NCBI GenBank assembly: GCA_028534125.1
Contig: CM052816.1
Span: 43,774,001-43,838,000 of the forward strand
DNA from: Lama glama
Lineage: Eukaryota
DNA length: 64,000 nucleotides
Direction of reading: 5' to 3'
Below, in pieces: positions 13,658 through 27,787 of this stretch (within the stretch, counting starts at the first letter, position 1; each line of letters starts with the position of its first letter). The notes under the pieces are model-generated. The model did not search any database, was not told the DNA's origin, and saw only the letters and a list, made by a program, of their open reading frames with translations. The position numbers and the translations under genes were made by a program.

Positions 13658-14586
13658 CTGGATCCTCATGAAGTACAAAAAGGAAAGAAAAAATAGTGGA
13701 AGTGATCCGATAGCGTTTTAAGGATACAACATTTTTAAGAGGGAAACTTGCTGACATTTTCTATTCAGTGGAAAATCTTAACTAAGTTCTTTAAAAATCA
13801 ATTGTATCAGACTGAGAGGAGGTTAGACAATTTTTAAGGTCAAACTAGAAGTCACAAGGAAGATAATACAGACTTTATTCTCAAGTACATCTGCCAGGAA
13901 TATATTTAGCCTATCACTAAACAGATAAAGAAGGATCTTTTGTTCCTTCTACTGTTGCTCTTGCTCTTTGAATCCTTACAGGATTTCTCTGCCCACACTT
14001 CCTCTAAGCTGTTTTCTCCCCAAGGATGGTTTTACATGGCGGTTTTTCTCCAACATCCCTCCACCCCAGTCTTCAATCTTTATAGAAGAATAGGAAGACA
14101 GAGAGAACTAATCATATGCCGTGAACTCTGTGATCTTCTTAATAAAATTATTTAGGCTGCTGAAGTTCTCTCTATCCATGTTGTAGTTGTAAAAATTATC
14201 TGCATTACATTTTCTTATGACTCTAGTTCTGTTGGCACACGTATCTCTTATTTTATAGAAAGATTTCTAATTGAAGTCCAGTGGTCTAGATTTCAAGTAT
14301 CTAGGCAACGACTCTTGTTACATAACGGCTATTTAAAAAGGATTACATCAGAAAAAGACCGAACCAAACAAAATAAAGCTGCAGGTAGGTGGGGTCATGA
14401 GATCCATGGCTTGAATCTGAGAGCTGCAAATCTTGTTATTCAAAAAACTAGGAAGCTGGGAAAGCGTCCTTCTCCCCGCGAATTTTCAAGAGTGCACAAG
14501 CTTAACTCACTGAACACAACTCTGAAATGCTTCTAATTCCCTTACTATCAATGAAGGTAGGCCAGAGAATGCGGAGAGAATTTTAC

Positions 14587-14768
14587 CTTTGGGAAATGCA
14601 CTGCTGTGCATCTTCAGTAACTGTATAGTCCATTTCTGCCTCGTGCTTGAAAATTAACAGCATGTTAACAGGACTGTTGCCTGCGCTGTGGCACTGTCTG
14701 CTTAGCATTAGGCCATTAAATATTGATGGAGATAATTGTTCCTGCACTTGAACATCAGAAAGATGGAA
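14587..14768 (-). pseudogene. Candidate exon
   Basis: Donor aag|gtaaaa, weak acceptor cgcttag|. One frame is open for 60 codons (FHLSDVQVQEQLSPSIF...); the frame phase-compatible with both neighbours has three stops. Confidence 0.35.
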
Positions 14769-15811
14769 CTAAGCGGGGTTTAACTGGCACTTGCTTTTAT
14801 GCTTGGTAAATAGAGTGCTCGATTTCAAAGTACAGAATAAGTATTACCATGTACTCAGTTCCATAGCCAAAGCATCATTGACCAGAAACTGTGGTTTGTA
14901 AAAATGTTATAGTAAAAGTTAAATGAAACAATTCAGCTGAGATTTGTTGGAATTTACTGAAACACAATGTGATAAAACTGTGCCTTAAGAACATGTTAGC
15001 AGGGTTTCTTGCCATTTATCTAGTTATTTTTTAATTTAAAAATGGTATTCAAATGTGTTATGGTAAGAACTGCTGGTGTATTTTATAATCTAGAGGATTT
15101 CTTATACTTTTACCAAATAATGCCTTAGACAGCCTGCTGGCTGAATCAGTCTCTGGGACTTTGTCTGTCAGATAAGTATCGGTCTTCCTGACCAGATTGT
15201 GAGTTTCTTGAAGGATTCTGTCCTGTTCATCCTAAACTCGGTGCCTAGCACACACTTAATACAGCCTATGTAAATCAATAAATGGGAGTCAAATTTAGTT
15301 TGCAACATCATCCTTCCCCTTGATATTCTTACCCAGTTGAAGAAATATCTCTTCTGACAGAACCGAGCATAACCAGCTTTGAACGCTCTGCTGGGGCTTC
15401 AGGAGATAGTTTACATTATCAGTAAAAACATGGGCCTTTGTGACAAGCAGGCTTGTGTTAGGTGAGTATCACTTACTGGCATGTCATTTTTGGCAGAGTA
15501 TTTAAAATTTTTTACCATTAGGTTTTCCATTAGTGAGACAGGGATAACAATCTTTACTTCTTAAGCTGTTCTAACAATAACTGAAATAATGTATTTAAAA
15601 GAACTATCTGCAGTGGCCAGAACACTATAGATTTTTTAAATTACTTTTTTTATTACATATAAAAATAATTCAGGCCATTTTAAGACTCTATCCAATGAGT
15701 CTGTCTTTTAATTAAAACATATCATAGAGCAACAATGTGCCAACAATACTGGGAGTTTATGTGTTTAGTTAAGATGACTTTCAATATTGTTTCTTTTATG
15801 CTTAGATTTTT

Positions 15812-15855
<44 letters not shown>
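15812..15855. repeat. Compound microsatellite (TCTG)7(TCTA)4
   Basis: Directly visible. Confidence 0.95.
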
Positions 15856-15955
15856 CCTGTGATATTCTTAGCCTTGTGCCACTAATGACTTGCTGGATAA
15901 ATTGAGCCAATCCCAAATTAAATCAGAACACATCTCATGATTTGGTGAACACTGT

Positions 15956-16352
15956 TGTTACGGACTCAATTGACTCCCCTCAAAATCCGTGTATTGAGGC
16001 TCTAACCCCCACTACTTCAGAACGTGACTATATTTGAGGTCCTTTGAGGAGATAATTAAGTTTAAATGTTAGGGTGGGCATGAATCCATTCTGACTGGTG
16101 TCTGTATATGAAGAGGAGCTTAGGACATCAGAAGAGACTGATGGAGTCCTCACGCACAGAGCAAAGACCACGTGAGGACACAGTGTGAAGGTGGTTGTCT
16201 GCAAGCCAAGAGAGAGGACTCAAAGAAGCCAGCCCTGCTGAGCCCTTGATCTTGGACTTCTGGCCTCCAGAACTATGAGAAAATAAATTTCTGTAGTTTA
16301 AGTCACCCATTTTGTGGTGTTTTTGCCATGACAGTCTTAGCAAACTAATACA
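15956..16352 (+). mobile_element. MaLR solo LTR (MLT1A/B-like)
   Basis: TG...CA termini, ttggacttctggcctccagaactatgagaaaataaatttctg, and a perfect 5-bp TSD ACTGT (15951-15955 and 16353-16357). Confidence 0.92.
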
Positions 16353-17478
16353 ACTGTGAACACCAATCCAAATCCAATTCAATTGAATTTTTTTGAAACT
16401 GAAGCAAACAAATAATTCAAAAGCTTTGACCCAGAGGTGCAAATTTATTAAGACTGATTATAAGTGAATTCTGACATACGTGAGCTGAAGAATTACAAAT
16501 TCACTTCTTTTGGACCAATTTTTAAAGCTCTTACTTACTGGCCTCAGAAAGGAGTCACCATTGCTTGACATATGAGAGCATAAATGTTGTTAATGAAGCC
16601 TATGAAAATGTTTAACATGTCCATCTTATCAGATGGTGGGCTGTCATATTCTCACTTATTTTTTTGGTTACATTTATTGACTTGGCTAAGAGTTACTTAA
16701 GATATAATAAAGACAAATATTAAAGACAAGAAATTATTTACGAATTTGTTTTTGAGAAATGCATAATGCATATTCAATTTTATAATTGCTTCCCCCCCCC
16801 CCAACTACACCGAATTTCTACTGTCAAAGCTCTGTAGAATTGAGAGAGCTAAAATTTTACTTTGAACTTTCTTCTAAGTAGATAGAGTTTCATTCACAAC
16901 CAGATAAAGATATCTTTGTATCCTACTTATTGCAATAATAGACCGGATGGATTCTTGGTAAAACCTGAATATTTTTAAATGCTCTATATGTTCTAGTTCT
17001 AAATTGCATGTTTTAAGCATATTGCTTTGAAATCCTGAAAAAAATGCATACTGAATTTTGATGTGTTCTAAAACAGTCGTGAAAATTAACATCTTCCCTC
17101 AGCCCAGGGCCAAACAGATTTTTTTGTAGGGCCAAATTAGAATCTGCCTACAGGCTTCAGATAAAAAAAGGTAGCAAGCAGGCAACTTTTTAAAGTCAGA
17201 AAAGGCAAAGTAATCTTACATGGCTATCTTTTTTGGTAATCTAAGTAGCTGAGGAAGGGAATAACCTTTTAACTTAGCCTTAACCCTCCAGAGTATATGG
17301 ATGTTAATCCATCTTTTCCAGGCATAAGCAGGCATAATGGTACTTTCCATCCCATAGGCAACAAATTGTTTTAATACAGAAATATAAATTACTGGGAGTG
17401 GAAGTTGCAGGGCATGTTAACGAGGCACTCTTTTAAAAAATTTTTGTTAGGGTTTACATTTGAGCAGGCCCAACTTAC

Positions 17479-18248
17479 TGTATGGAGTTGGAAGGGCAGA
17501 AGCCAGATTCATGGATCACTGATGGCAGATTACTATTTCTATCAGCTCTGAAATTCCATAGGAAACAGTCCACAGTTCAGAGAGGTCTGCTCTTCTGTCT
17601 CCTGCTGATGGAAACCCTCCTGGTAGAACTGATTTCCAGCACTGTGTTCTGCCGGCTCCTTTAGTGGGTCACTCCTTGGTTCCCTCTGATCAGCTCTTTC
17701 ATGTTTTGTATCTTTTCTAATCTTCTGAAGAGTGTCTTACAAGGAAGAGTCTGGAAAGGAGTCAGCTGGCCAGCTAGCCAGGATGTTTTCCGTACCACAG
17801 TATTTTATGATCCTTTACAAAGCTGCTAAAATGGGAATCCTTCTTTTGCAGTTTTCCCATCAGATTACAGTTCTAATGCCTGGGGTGTTGGCCATATCCA
17901 AATCCAGAGACCCTTAGGGTTAATGAGATCCCTCTCTTCTCTGGAGTCCCTAATGATCCTGGCCTGTAAGATGGTCATTTTAACTGGCAGAGCAAGATGT
18001 ACTGAAGCCTCATTGCAGTCTTTTCAGTTTCCTTTGAATTCTTTTCCAGAGCAGTTACCCCCTAGTAGGCTAAGCTCTAAGGGGTCGGTAAAATACCCCA
18101 CTTGTTCTCCATTGCACTCTTTTCATTTGCAGTGCTGACACAGTCAAATGACTCCTCAAAGACATCATGTTGGCTGCAATTCCTCCCTCCCCTCCTGCCT
18201 CCAGTCTTTGTATTTTCTAAGCTGCTTCAAATCTTTGAGGAGTGAGTC
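17479..18248 (-). pseudogene. Large exon beginning with an IQ-like motif
   Basis: Acceptor ctctggttttcccctag| and consensus donor aca|gtaagt. GLTPQRFEAA*KIQR then a frameshift to WRQ (18195-18225), which is IQxxWR-like. Confidence 0.6.
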
Positions 18249-20149
18249 CTAGGGGAAAACCAGAGTTCTTAAATCTAGTGGATTGGGGTTACACACAAAA
18301 ATATGAAATTGTAATTATGTTATTCTTGGGTTGGGACTGGCAAAACATGAAATTCTTTGTCTAGGAGTACCCAGATTATAAATATAATGAATTGTAATAG
18401 AATCTCATGATCTGTCGGTCAAGGTACTCTAGGTGTGCCAGCTGTGGAGGAATTTTATGATGAGCGTGCTCAGATCTAGTTTAACAGGAAAGATGCAGCA
18501 CAAATCTTTGATTCACAGTCCATCTATTAGAAGTTTGAGAAACTGTTTGTTAAGCTCTGATGAACACCCTCACTGGATTAAATGCTGAAGCCGGGGTGGG
18601 TTGTATGTTGCTAGTTCTACAAAATATAAGGATCTCTATGGATTATCGGAACTCATCCTCTCTCCAGTGAATGAATTATGCTTGCTAGTTGTTAAGGGGA
18701 AGCATTCCTTTAAACCGCTTCAAAATCTCTCTGCAAAAGACTCTATTTGACCTAACTTATAGTTCTATGTCTGACAGTGCTCCATTACTGCTAAAACAAA
18801 ACAGACCAAAAACTAGATAAATGTTTAGGGGTAGAAATAAGGAACACACATTCTCCACACCCCTCCCCAGTTACCCTCTCTGCCTCTCTTGTCGATACCA
18901 CCTTATGAAGAAAAAAATATTTAAATGACCAAACACTTGGCAGCAATGTATATTTAGCTTATCCACCATATACCGTGTACTGTGTAAGGATCCAGAGAAA
19001 GAAAGAAAAGTGAGGTACTATTCCTGCCCAAAGTCCAGTGGAACAGATAGAAAGAAAAAGAGAATGTACCAGAAAAGATTTACTGTGAAGAGTAGGAAAA
19101 TGAATAAATCAGAAATCATAATAGAAATGTAACCATGGAAAAGGAGAGGAAGTTTCCACAAAATACTCTAAAAATGTAGGGAAAAAATTGATTTTTTAAA
19201 AAACTTAGAACAATCCATAATGAGGGAAGTTACATTTTCTGCCCTATAAAAAATCTTGCAGTTCTAATCTATTATAGTATGACATGTGTTGTTTGCTAGC
19301 TTTTGTTTTTGTTTTTGTGAGATAATGAATTGTAGTCATCTTCCTTGTGATTTGGAGCATAAGGTTTCATATATGTGGGATGTAACAGTAGAGTAGAAAT
19401 ATTAGCTGTTCTAAACAGAGATCGTCCTAGCAATGTCAGTCTTAGCAGCTCAAAATAATAAATCCAAACTGTAGAAATAGTGGGAAAAAAATCAAACAAG
19501 GAAATGAAGCTAAGCAAAATTCCATGAAGGTGTATTCTTTTTGACCATTGATGTTAATTTTGAGAGCCACGTCAGCATTATCTTGTTTCTGCCCAATGTC
19601 CCATTGTGAGTCCTAGCCATGGTAAATGTCTATAGATGGGTAGTCAGAGGCAGAAATGAGACAAAGTTTGACACTTTCAAAATTTGGAGAAGAAAGACAT
19701 GGTAACGAAGTATTTTCTAAAGTATTCAAAGCAAAGATTGCTCAAGTACAATTCAGCAGAAAAATAGTTTCTAATAAATCCCTTACCAATATATTGGCAT
19801 ATTTGAACTTGGGTGGCAAATGCTGTTAATTAGCTTACCAAGCACTGCCCAAACCCAGTTCTTTGGAACTCAAAACACTTAATAAAGCACACAGCTATCT
19901 GTGATTCTGGGTTTATGATAGTATTCACAGTGTAGTATTGGTGATGCTCAACCATTACCAATAACACATTCATTCGTTACTGTATTCATTTGTGCATTTA
20001 GTCTGGTACCCTACTTGGGGATACAGAGAGAAACATAGCACAGTTCCCGATATCAAGAAACCACAACCTTTTGGAGGCGATGACACCGTAGTTTTTGAAG
20101 TGTTCATTCCCTTTCATTATATGTATACAAAATGTGGAATGATGGCTAA

Positions 20150-20360
20150 GAAGGCTTGAAGGTTAGAGGCCCTGCCTTTGAGTCCTTCTACCAGTTAATA
20201 GCTGTGTTCTAAGCAGGGCAGATTCCCATCAGTAAAATGAAGTAGTAATTTGCTCATTGAGTTAAGGCGATTATATGAAATAGCCCATGTGATTTACTTA
20301 ACACAGGGCCTGGCACATTCAAATTGATCCAGAAAAATATTAGCTATTATTATCATCATA
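20150..20360 (+). mobile_element. MIR SINE
   Basis: cccatcagtaaaatgaagtagtaat...acagggcctggcaca...tagctattattat. Confidence 0.6.
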
Positions 20361-21249
20361 TTACTTAAGTCCGGACAAGAATTATTTTCTCTTTTTAGTT
20401 CAGAAAAATGCCAAGCAACTTATTTATGGATACACAGATCATAGATGGAAATACTGGGATTCAAACTCAGGTTGCAGTGCTGAGTGATTTACACGCTCAG
20501 TATTTTTTCTTTCTACTATATTAGCTCTCTTCTGAAATAGCTTCATTCCCAAGACTTCCTTGAAAGGATAATGCTCATAATTAATATGGAAAAATCATCC
20601 ATGTGGTTCTTTCTAAATCTCTTTTTCTGTAGCCTGCTTTGCTAAATCTTCTGTAAGTTATTCTTTTTACTCCTTTACAGAAATATTTACAATATTACAG
20701 CCTGATATTTGTTACCAAATGAAGAAAAATCATTATAAAAGAAGTTATTCACTTTTTCCCTACAAAATATCACATTATGGACCCAGCAACTTTAGACCCT
20801 TGATTAACTCTTTATTTTGTAGCAACTAAACGTAGTTTTTTGTTTTTTTGTTTTTTTAAAGTCTTTAAAAAAAGATGTCAAGCGTGTACTAAAGCTTTGT
20901 CAGTTCTGTTTTCAGGCTAGAGTATTTTTTTTTTAACTGCTAAGTTATACACCCCATTGGAATCCATTACCGTGGCAGGTTTTTCTAGGCAAATAGCACA
21001 CCAGAGGGAAGTTTGGCTTTGAGTTTTCTTCTTTCTGATTTAGTTTATTCTTTGGTTGCTAATTTGCATTTTTCTCTGAAAAAGATTAGAATTGTAATAC
21101 ATATGCAAAAGCATAAAGTAAAGAAAGACAACCCGTGGCCCTCGACAGCATGTTCTTGGGCAAAATAACTCCACCAATTTCTGTCTCAGTTTAAACATCT
21201 GTAAAAGGGGGAAGTGTTTTCTATTACAAAGGTCTGTTTTGAGGATAAA

Positions 21250-21432
21250 ACATGATGACGTGTTCGAGCTGGCCAATTGTTAATGATTCAGGAATTTTGT
21301 GCGCTGGCTGTTAAAATCTTGGTAGTTTAAAATCGGCATGGGGGTAGTATTTACATAATGGAAATAGGCAAATGCTATAAATTTAAGCTTTCCTTTTCCT
21401 TCCTGGAGAGCAGGTCTACCAACACATCACTG
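21250..21432. mobile_element. hAT DNA transposon (MER63-like) nested in a MIR
   Basis: attgttaatgattcaggaattttg...ggaaataggcaaatgctataaat...accaacacatcactg. MIR halves at about 21160-21250 and 21435-21500. Confidence 0.65.
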
Positions 21433-22659
21433 GGTAATCCTTGTAAACCGCTTAGTACGGTTCTAGACCCATATTAAGAATTCAATACTCTTAGTTCTTG
21501 AGAGTATGATTATGATATTAATTCAGAAATCTACATAGGAGTGTTTTTTTCTTCCTTACCTCTCCAAAGGCTTGTACCAAATTATACCCTTACACTAACA
21601 ATAAAGATGTCAAGATATTTGTATTAAGAAACCTACCTTTTAGTACCTACAGATAGGAATCAATTAAATAGGGATGTGCCGAGTTTCAAGAGAGAAAACT
21701 TCTCATTAGTTGATAGCCAAGAGACCTTAACGAAATGGAGAAGCAGAAATACTGCTAGTTGCAGGTCAGGTCATGGTAAGCTTCTTGTATTATTCCTCGT
21801 CTTCGGTGGCAATATATGAAATATTTCATGGATGAATCTCAGCTAACGTTAAAGACTAAATATTTTCTAAGCCTAACATGCCACCTCATCTCTGTTTATC
21901 TGTTGGCTTCTATTACTTTTGTTTCTTCTATGCAAAGAAATTTGCCTACCTGGAAGTAAAGTGTTCAAAAAAAGCACATAGGAATTCAAAATGTGTTTTT
22001 AATGATAAGTCCGTGGCTTGGCTCTGCAGAGAGCACCCATATATCAAATGCCTTTATGGCTGCGTCTTATACTTGATCTGGACACAGGAAAGCAGGATTC
22101 CAGGCAGAGGGGAGTAGTTTCCCAAACTTCACTTGTGCAAGTGATTAGAGGCAGCTGTTTGAATCACATCTCAGAGGATAAACTCAGAAATGGGCCACAT
22201 TTTTTAGTAGGACTGTTTGTATAGGAGGGGTGAGGGGATAGCAGATGTTGGGGAGAAAAACCTCCCCATTCAGATATAAAATAGAGGACAGGATACAGAG
22301 AATAAATAGGGCATGTCAAAGAATGTTTAAGGAATATTTGTAGTCAGTATTGACAGGAAAAAAGTTTTGACCAAGGCAATTTTATTTTTGATGAAATGTT
22401 TAGGCAAGTTACTGCTCAGATCGAGTTACGTTTCTTTTATCTTTCTAACATCTTATTGGTCCATATAGTTTTATCCTATAATATATACCTAAGATATAAA
22501 TGGAATAAATATGTAACATATAAATATATAGTCTCAGTGATTTTTATTTTTTCTGATTGTAAATATTTTATAACTGAATGTAAAATGTCAAGAAAGAGAA
22601 GCATGTGTAATGAAGATCTATCTCATCCTTCAGATACAACTGTTGCTAAAATTTGAGTA

Positions 22660-23020
22660 ATAATCTTTTAGATTTTTAATAACAAACACATATCTACACT
22701 CATATGCACATAAACTTACATATGTATGATTGTTCATTTCTTGTATGCTTATTTTGAATATGGGACCATTCTATTCTAAAAACTTGCTTTTTCATTTAAT
22801 AGAGCTTGGTTATTGTTCCATATCAGCACGTGCAGAATTTTTTCATTATTATTAATAGCTACATAGTATTCTGCTGCTGGTATAAACTATAATTTTTATA
22901 ACTAACATATTGATAGAAATTAAGGGGTTTCTCGTTTTTCAACAATAAAACAATGGCCATTCTATGCATATCTCTATCTCTGTATTTATATACAATTGTA
23001 GAATAAATACCCCCAAATGG
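22660..23020 (-). mobile_element. Old L1 (L1ME-like) fragment
   Basis: acttgctttttcatttaat...atagctacatagtattct...; adjoins a MIR at about 23020-23200. Confidence 0.6.
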
Positions 23021-23329
23021 ATCACTAATTACTCTTTTTAATTCTCAAAATGCCCTTGCAAGGTAAGGTATTATAATACTCATTTTATTGATGAGTGAAC
23101 TGAAGGGTGAAGAGTTAAATAGCCTATCTGAAGTCATGCAGGTAGTGAGCAGAAGAGCTAGGCTGCATACGTATGCTGTACCCACACGGCCTGACTACAG
23201 AGCACTCTGCAAAGCTGTCTGTCAGTGTTTCTGCTTCTTAGTATTTCATTTATTCTCATATCTTAGTACCTCTGAGGCCAGAATCTATCTCCCCTCAATG
23301 CCATTTTAATAGTCATTTCAGCCAGATAG

Positions 23330-23926
23330 CATACAATGTAGATGTCATTGCTGATACATGTGCACACAAGTTGTTATTACTGGTTCCATGACTGGGCACC
23401 TGTAACCCTCCAACAAGCCATTTACAGACATTGATAGCATGAATGGGAGTCCTGGTTGTTGTCTGATAGTCTTTAGAAAACTTCACTTATATTTAAAAAA
23501 AGGTACCAGTAATGACAGTTGCCAAACGGGTGTCAAAAGCCTGTAAGAAAACTCTAGAGATAGTAGAAAATTTTATAAAGAAATTTTGCATCACCAACAA
23601 TCTTGATGGAATGGTATTTGGTAGAAGAACGCTGACATTGTTAACTCTGAGTCAAAAAAGTATTTAAGAAGAATTGGACTGCAAAGTTAAAGAAACTTGA
23701 CCAATTAATTTAATTTACATATTCAGTGTTATGTATGCAGAGAGAGATGTGTTATAAAGTCCCAGTCTAAGTGTAAAAGAGCTTTTTGGGTAATAAAGAT
23801 AAAAACTATAAATGACAAGAAAATGGTGTACATAGTATAATTAGCAGTGTTTTTTCTTCCTCTTAGACATACATAATGTAAAGGTGCCCCTCATAATTAG
23901 TGGCATTTTAGATTTAGTGAAATATA
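23330..23926 (+). mobile_element. TcMar DNA transposon relic (Tc2/Kanga-like)
   Basis: Transposase-end-like aagaaattttgcatcaccaacaatcttgatgg and terminal tggcattttagatttagtgaaatata. Confidence 0.55.
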
Positions 23927-25046
23927 CTAGTACCTTATGAAGTTGTTTTAAGAATGACTATAAGTGCTTAGAACAGTGCCTAACATACAATGAGTGTTTG
24001 ATAAATGATAGTTATTAAAAATATTTAATAGAAATTGCAAATTTTCCTCCAAAAAGGGTGAATCAATTTACAATACCAATTTAACAATTTTATTACAGTA
24101 ATTTATAATCTAAAACATAATTTGGTATAATTCTTCATCAAAAAAAAGCTATTATCTTAAAGCTATCATATATGACCATGTATCTTCTGTGCAGATAAAA
24201 AGAATAGTTAAGTTTGCTGAAAGTCTGAAAAAAAAAACCCCAAATACACCATCTATATGGTCCATAATCACTTAATTCTTTAAAAATAATCACCTGTTAT
24301 TTCCTCGAATAGATGTTTAAGATTTCTGGGTTATATACAGGCATGAAGATTGAACTTTCACCGATGATTCTTTGACCTCTAGCTAATAATAATAATTATT
24401 ATTTTTCAAGAGATAACATTTTAAAAATTGAAATATTTAAGGAAATTTCTTGGATGCTTATATTAAACAAAGGCAGTGAGAACATGTTGCATAACTGGAC
24501 TCAGGAATAGTTTCACATATATGAGATTAATCAGCTTTTCAAATGCAATGAGTTTTTTTTGGAGGGTGGGGAAAGTTCCCTGATCCTTTATTGCTTCAGT
24601 TTCCTAATCAGTGCAAACCTGCATTACAGTTTGACTTTAAGATATTGGAATTATTTCTCCCTTCTCAGTTTATTATCTCAGATATAAAGATGTCAAACTG
24701 CTCTGGGCAGGAATGAGAGAAATAAAAGAAGTTTCCAAATAGATGTAACTGAAAACCTCCTACCTCTTATTTCCTCACGAGGCATCTCCTACTTGAGATC
24801 ACATTCCTATGATTTTTTAGAACCAGGTCTCAGGAGTTCCTGATTTCCTAACTTTCAGGTCTTGAACCTAGGAATCACTATACAGTCACAAGAAGATGTT
24901 GCAGGAAAGATTCTGCATCTCCTTAACTATCTATGAGTATGTTTTGGTCTCCAACCACTAATTTAGGATATAAACTATAGCTTCCATTTCTGATACGGAA
25001 GATTGATGGTTTTCTTTCTCTTCTCCATCAGAAAACATTTGCTAAC

Positions 25047-25265
25047 CTTTTGGAATCACTGGAAGGTTTGGTGTTACTGTTACTCTTAGCAGACATCTGT
25101 CCAGGCTTTGTTGTGGGCCACACCACAGGCACTGTCAGTAATCACCCAGAAGGCCACGGTCTCCTTGCAGGACTGACAAACTTTCACTTCAAGATCCTTG
25201 AAAGAATGAACGGAACATTGTTCACCTCTATCCATTTGCCACACAGTCCTTAAGCTTCCACAGGA
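25047..25265 (-). pseudogene. Candidate exon preceding the IQ motif (weak CH-like start)
   Basis: Acceptor ctctgctctttcag| and donor aag|gttagc. Fragments GLCGKWIEVNNVP, VHSFKDLE and LLRVTVTPNLPVIPK. The last frame ends in phase 1 and joins GLTPQRFEAA. Confidence 0.5.
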
Positions 25266-26699
25266 CTGAAAGAGCAGAGTCTGCAGGCACAGGTAAATTT
25301 CTATAAAAGAGTTAGAGCAAGCCAGAAGGAACCTTTAGTTAGGGACAAAGTTTATTTTCTGGATAATCTGTCTTTCCATAAATCTCATAAGAGAAATTAC
25401 ATAAACATCTATACTTTCAGAACAGTTTTTCAAAATCTGTGCCTGTTGCCTTCTCCAAGAAAGTCAAAATTCTGTTGGTAAGGAAAATAAAGAAAAGTAC
25501 ATAAAATATAACATGCATATCTCTAGATGTTCACCATTTACTGCAGATATACTCATGAGTGAGAAACTTTGTCATGTGTTCACGTCACTTGCTGACATAA
25601 TGTCTTTCCATTAAGTCATCTCTTAAACCTCTGCTCTCAGAGTTGTTTTTAGTTATCCCAAGGGATGAACAAGTCAAAGTCTGATTGTTACAAAATTATT
25701 GCAATGAGGCTCTTAGTTGTTTCTGGGCCTATCTGAGGAAGGAGTTTAATTTATCTTCCTGAGGATAGCCAACTTTGTGTTATCCTTGGATGCTCACATC
25801 AAGTCCAAGAAATTACCATACCTACAAAGAGAACAGCATGGTGCTGCTTACCTGTGTAGGGGTGTTGAGGCTGGACAGTTTATACTTAAAACGTATCAGG
25901 CATCATGCCAGCATATCTAGTACAGTAGTTGTTAAGACAGGCAAACAATTGTCATTGAAAGTGGAGTCAAGCATTTAGAGGCAGAAACACTAATTAGAAC
26001 TAATTGACAAGTGTTATAACACTCACCAGGGTAGCTCTTTACATAGGAAAATGATAGTTATGTAAATACAGTGATTAATTGTATTTGCTTAGCCATTATT
26101 TTTCGTCTTGGCATCAAGCACAACCAGAGCTTGGCCATTGATTACACCTTCAAATTTATGGTAGATTTCTAGGTGAACATTTCTGTTTCTCAAGCCAGTT
26201 TTGCTTCTGTCATTTATATATGTGTATATGTTTTATCACATTGCTGTGTGTGTGTGTTTTGCTATAACATCTCTGTTGGATATAGACACAATTTGTAACT
26301 ATCTATAATCTCTGTTGTGGAAGCTACTCTCAATCCACTGACATGTTGAAAAATTGTTCCAAGCGAGTAAGCATAAATACAATTATTTCCTGTACTTATT
26401 TGTGATTTCAATATTCTGGTAATAATTTGAAAAGAAGGCTTCAAGTCTGTCAATCTAGCATCTGCCACACACACTAAAATTCTCTTGAGAAAAAGAAGAG
26501 TTATGCTCAGTGCGTTATTTATTTATTAGTACACTTTACCATATTTAAAATATAATTTGAAGACTCCTAAAATAGAGGTTTTACTAAAGCCAAAATCAAA
26601 GAAAACACATTTGACTGCTTCTTATAACATTTCTCAGAAATGGCAAGAGAAAGTTTGTTAATGTCTGATCAAAGCCAGACACTCCAGTTGGGAGCTGCA

Positions 26700-26880
26700 G
26701 TGGAAGGGCAATGAGGTTCAGAAAAGTTTGGAGAGCTGGGTTCAAGCTTCGATTCTATCACTAATTATCTGCATAACCAAGGAAAGCCACTTGAGCTCTT
26801 TTGATCTTAGTTTCTTGTCTTTAAAATGAGAGGAGGAATGAAGCAGATGTTTTCCAAGGTCCCCTCTTCCTTTGAAAAAT
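26700..26880 (+). mobile_element. MIR (MIR3/MIRc-like)
   Basis: ctgggttcaagc...cttagtttcttgtctttaaaatgag...tccaaggtccc. Confidence 0.6.
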
Positions 26881-27344
26881 TAGTCCGTTTCAAGTTATTT
26901 ATTTTGAAATATTTCCAGCTGAGTTCACTAGAGTGAAGTTTGGCCCTTTTTCATGGAGAGTGGTAAAGAGCCACTGGTGATGATGGTGGCTCAGACCTGG
27001 GATTGAGCGCCATCTGCTTTATAACTCTTTTGGGCTTCACCTATTTCCGTGGCAGTGGGGGTGGGAATTGGATAGAGGTAAGAGGATCTGATATCCTTGG
27101 ATTGAGTTACTTTATTGAGTTCTGCTTCAGTCACATAGGTATTATAAGCTATCTTCAGATTTAAAAAAACTTTTAGGGCAAGAAAAAGAACAAATTTGAG
27201 AGAATTGATGATCCATCTATGCATACAACCTGCCTCTAAATAAATCTTTTCTGAGAATGTGTTCGACTTTTGCAACCAAAGTCATCACAACCTCTCCTAC
27301 CACTTGATCTCGGAGTAATTCAGTGTGAAGAAGAATTTTAGTAT

Positions 27345-27787
27345 TGTATCAGTTTCCTATAGTTGCTATAACAAATTACTACAAATCAGGTAGCTTGAAA
27401 CAAGACAAAATAATTCTTTCAGAGTCCTGGAGGCTAGAAGTCTGAAATTAAATGATCAACAGAGCCATGCTCGCTCTGATTGCTCTTGGAAAATGTCTGT
27501 TTTGTGCGTCTCTCCTAGTTATGGTGGTAGCTCACAATCCTTGGCATTTCTTGGTTTATGGAAGCATCATTCCAATCTCTGTCTCTGTTGTCACATGGTG
27601 TTATCTTGTGTGTGTCTGTCCAAATCTCTCTCTTTATAAGGACAGCAGTCATTGGATTTAGGGCCCAGCCTAATTCAATGTGAATGCGTCTTAACTAATT
27701 ACATCTGTAAAGACCGTGTTTCCAGATAACATCACATTGAGTTTTGGGGTGGACTTGAATTTTGGGGACATTATTCAACTCCGTAAA
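27345..27787 (-). mobile_element. MaLR LTR (MLT1B/C-like)
   Basis: tgtatcagtttcctatagttgctataacaaattactacaaa...ctggaggctagaagtctga...ataaggacagcagtcattggatttagggccc. Confidence 0.88.
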
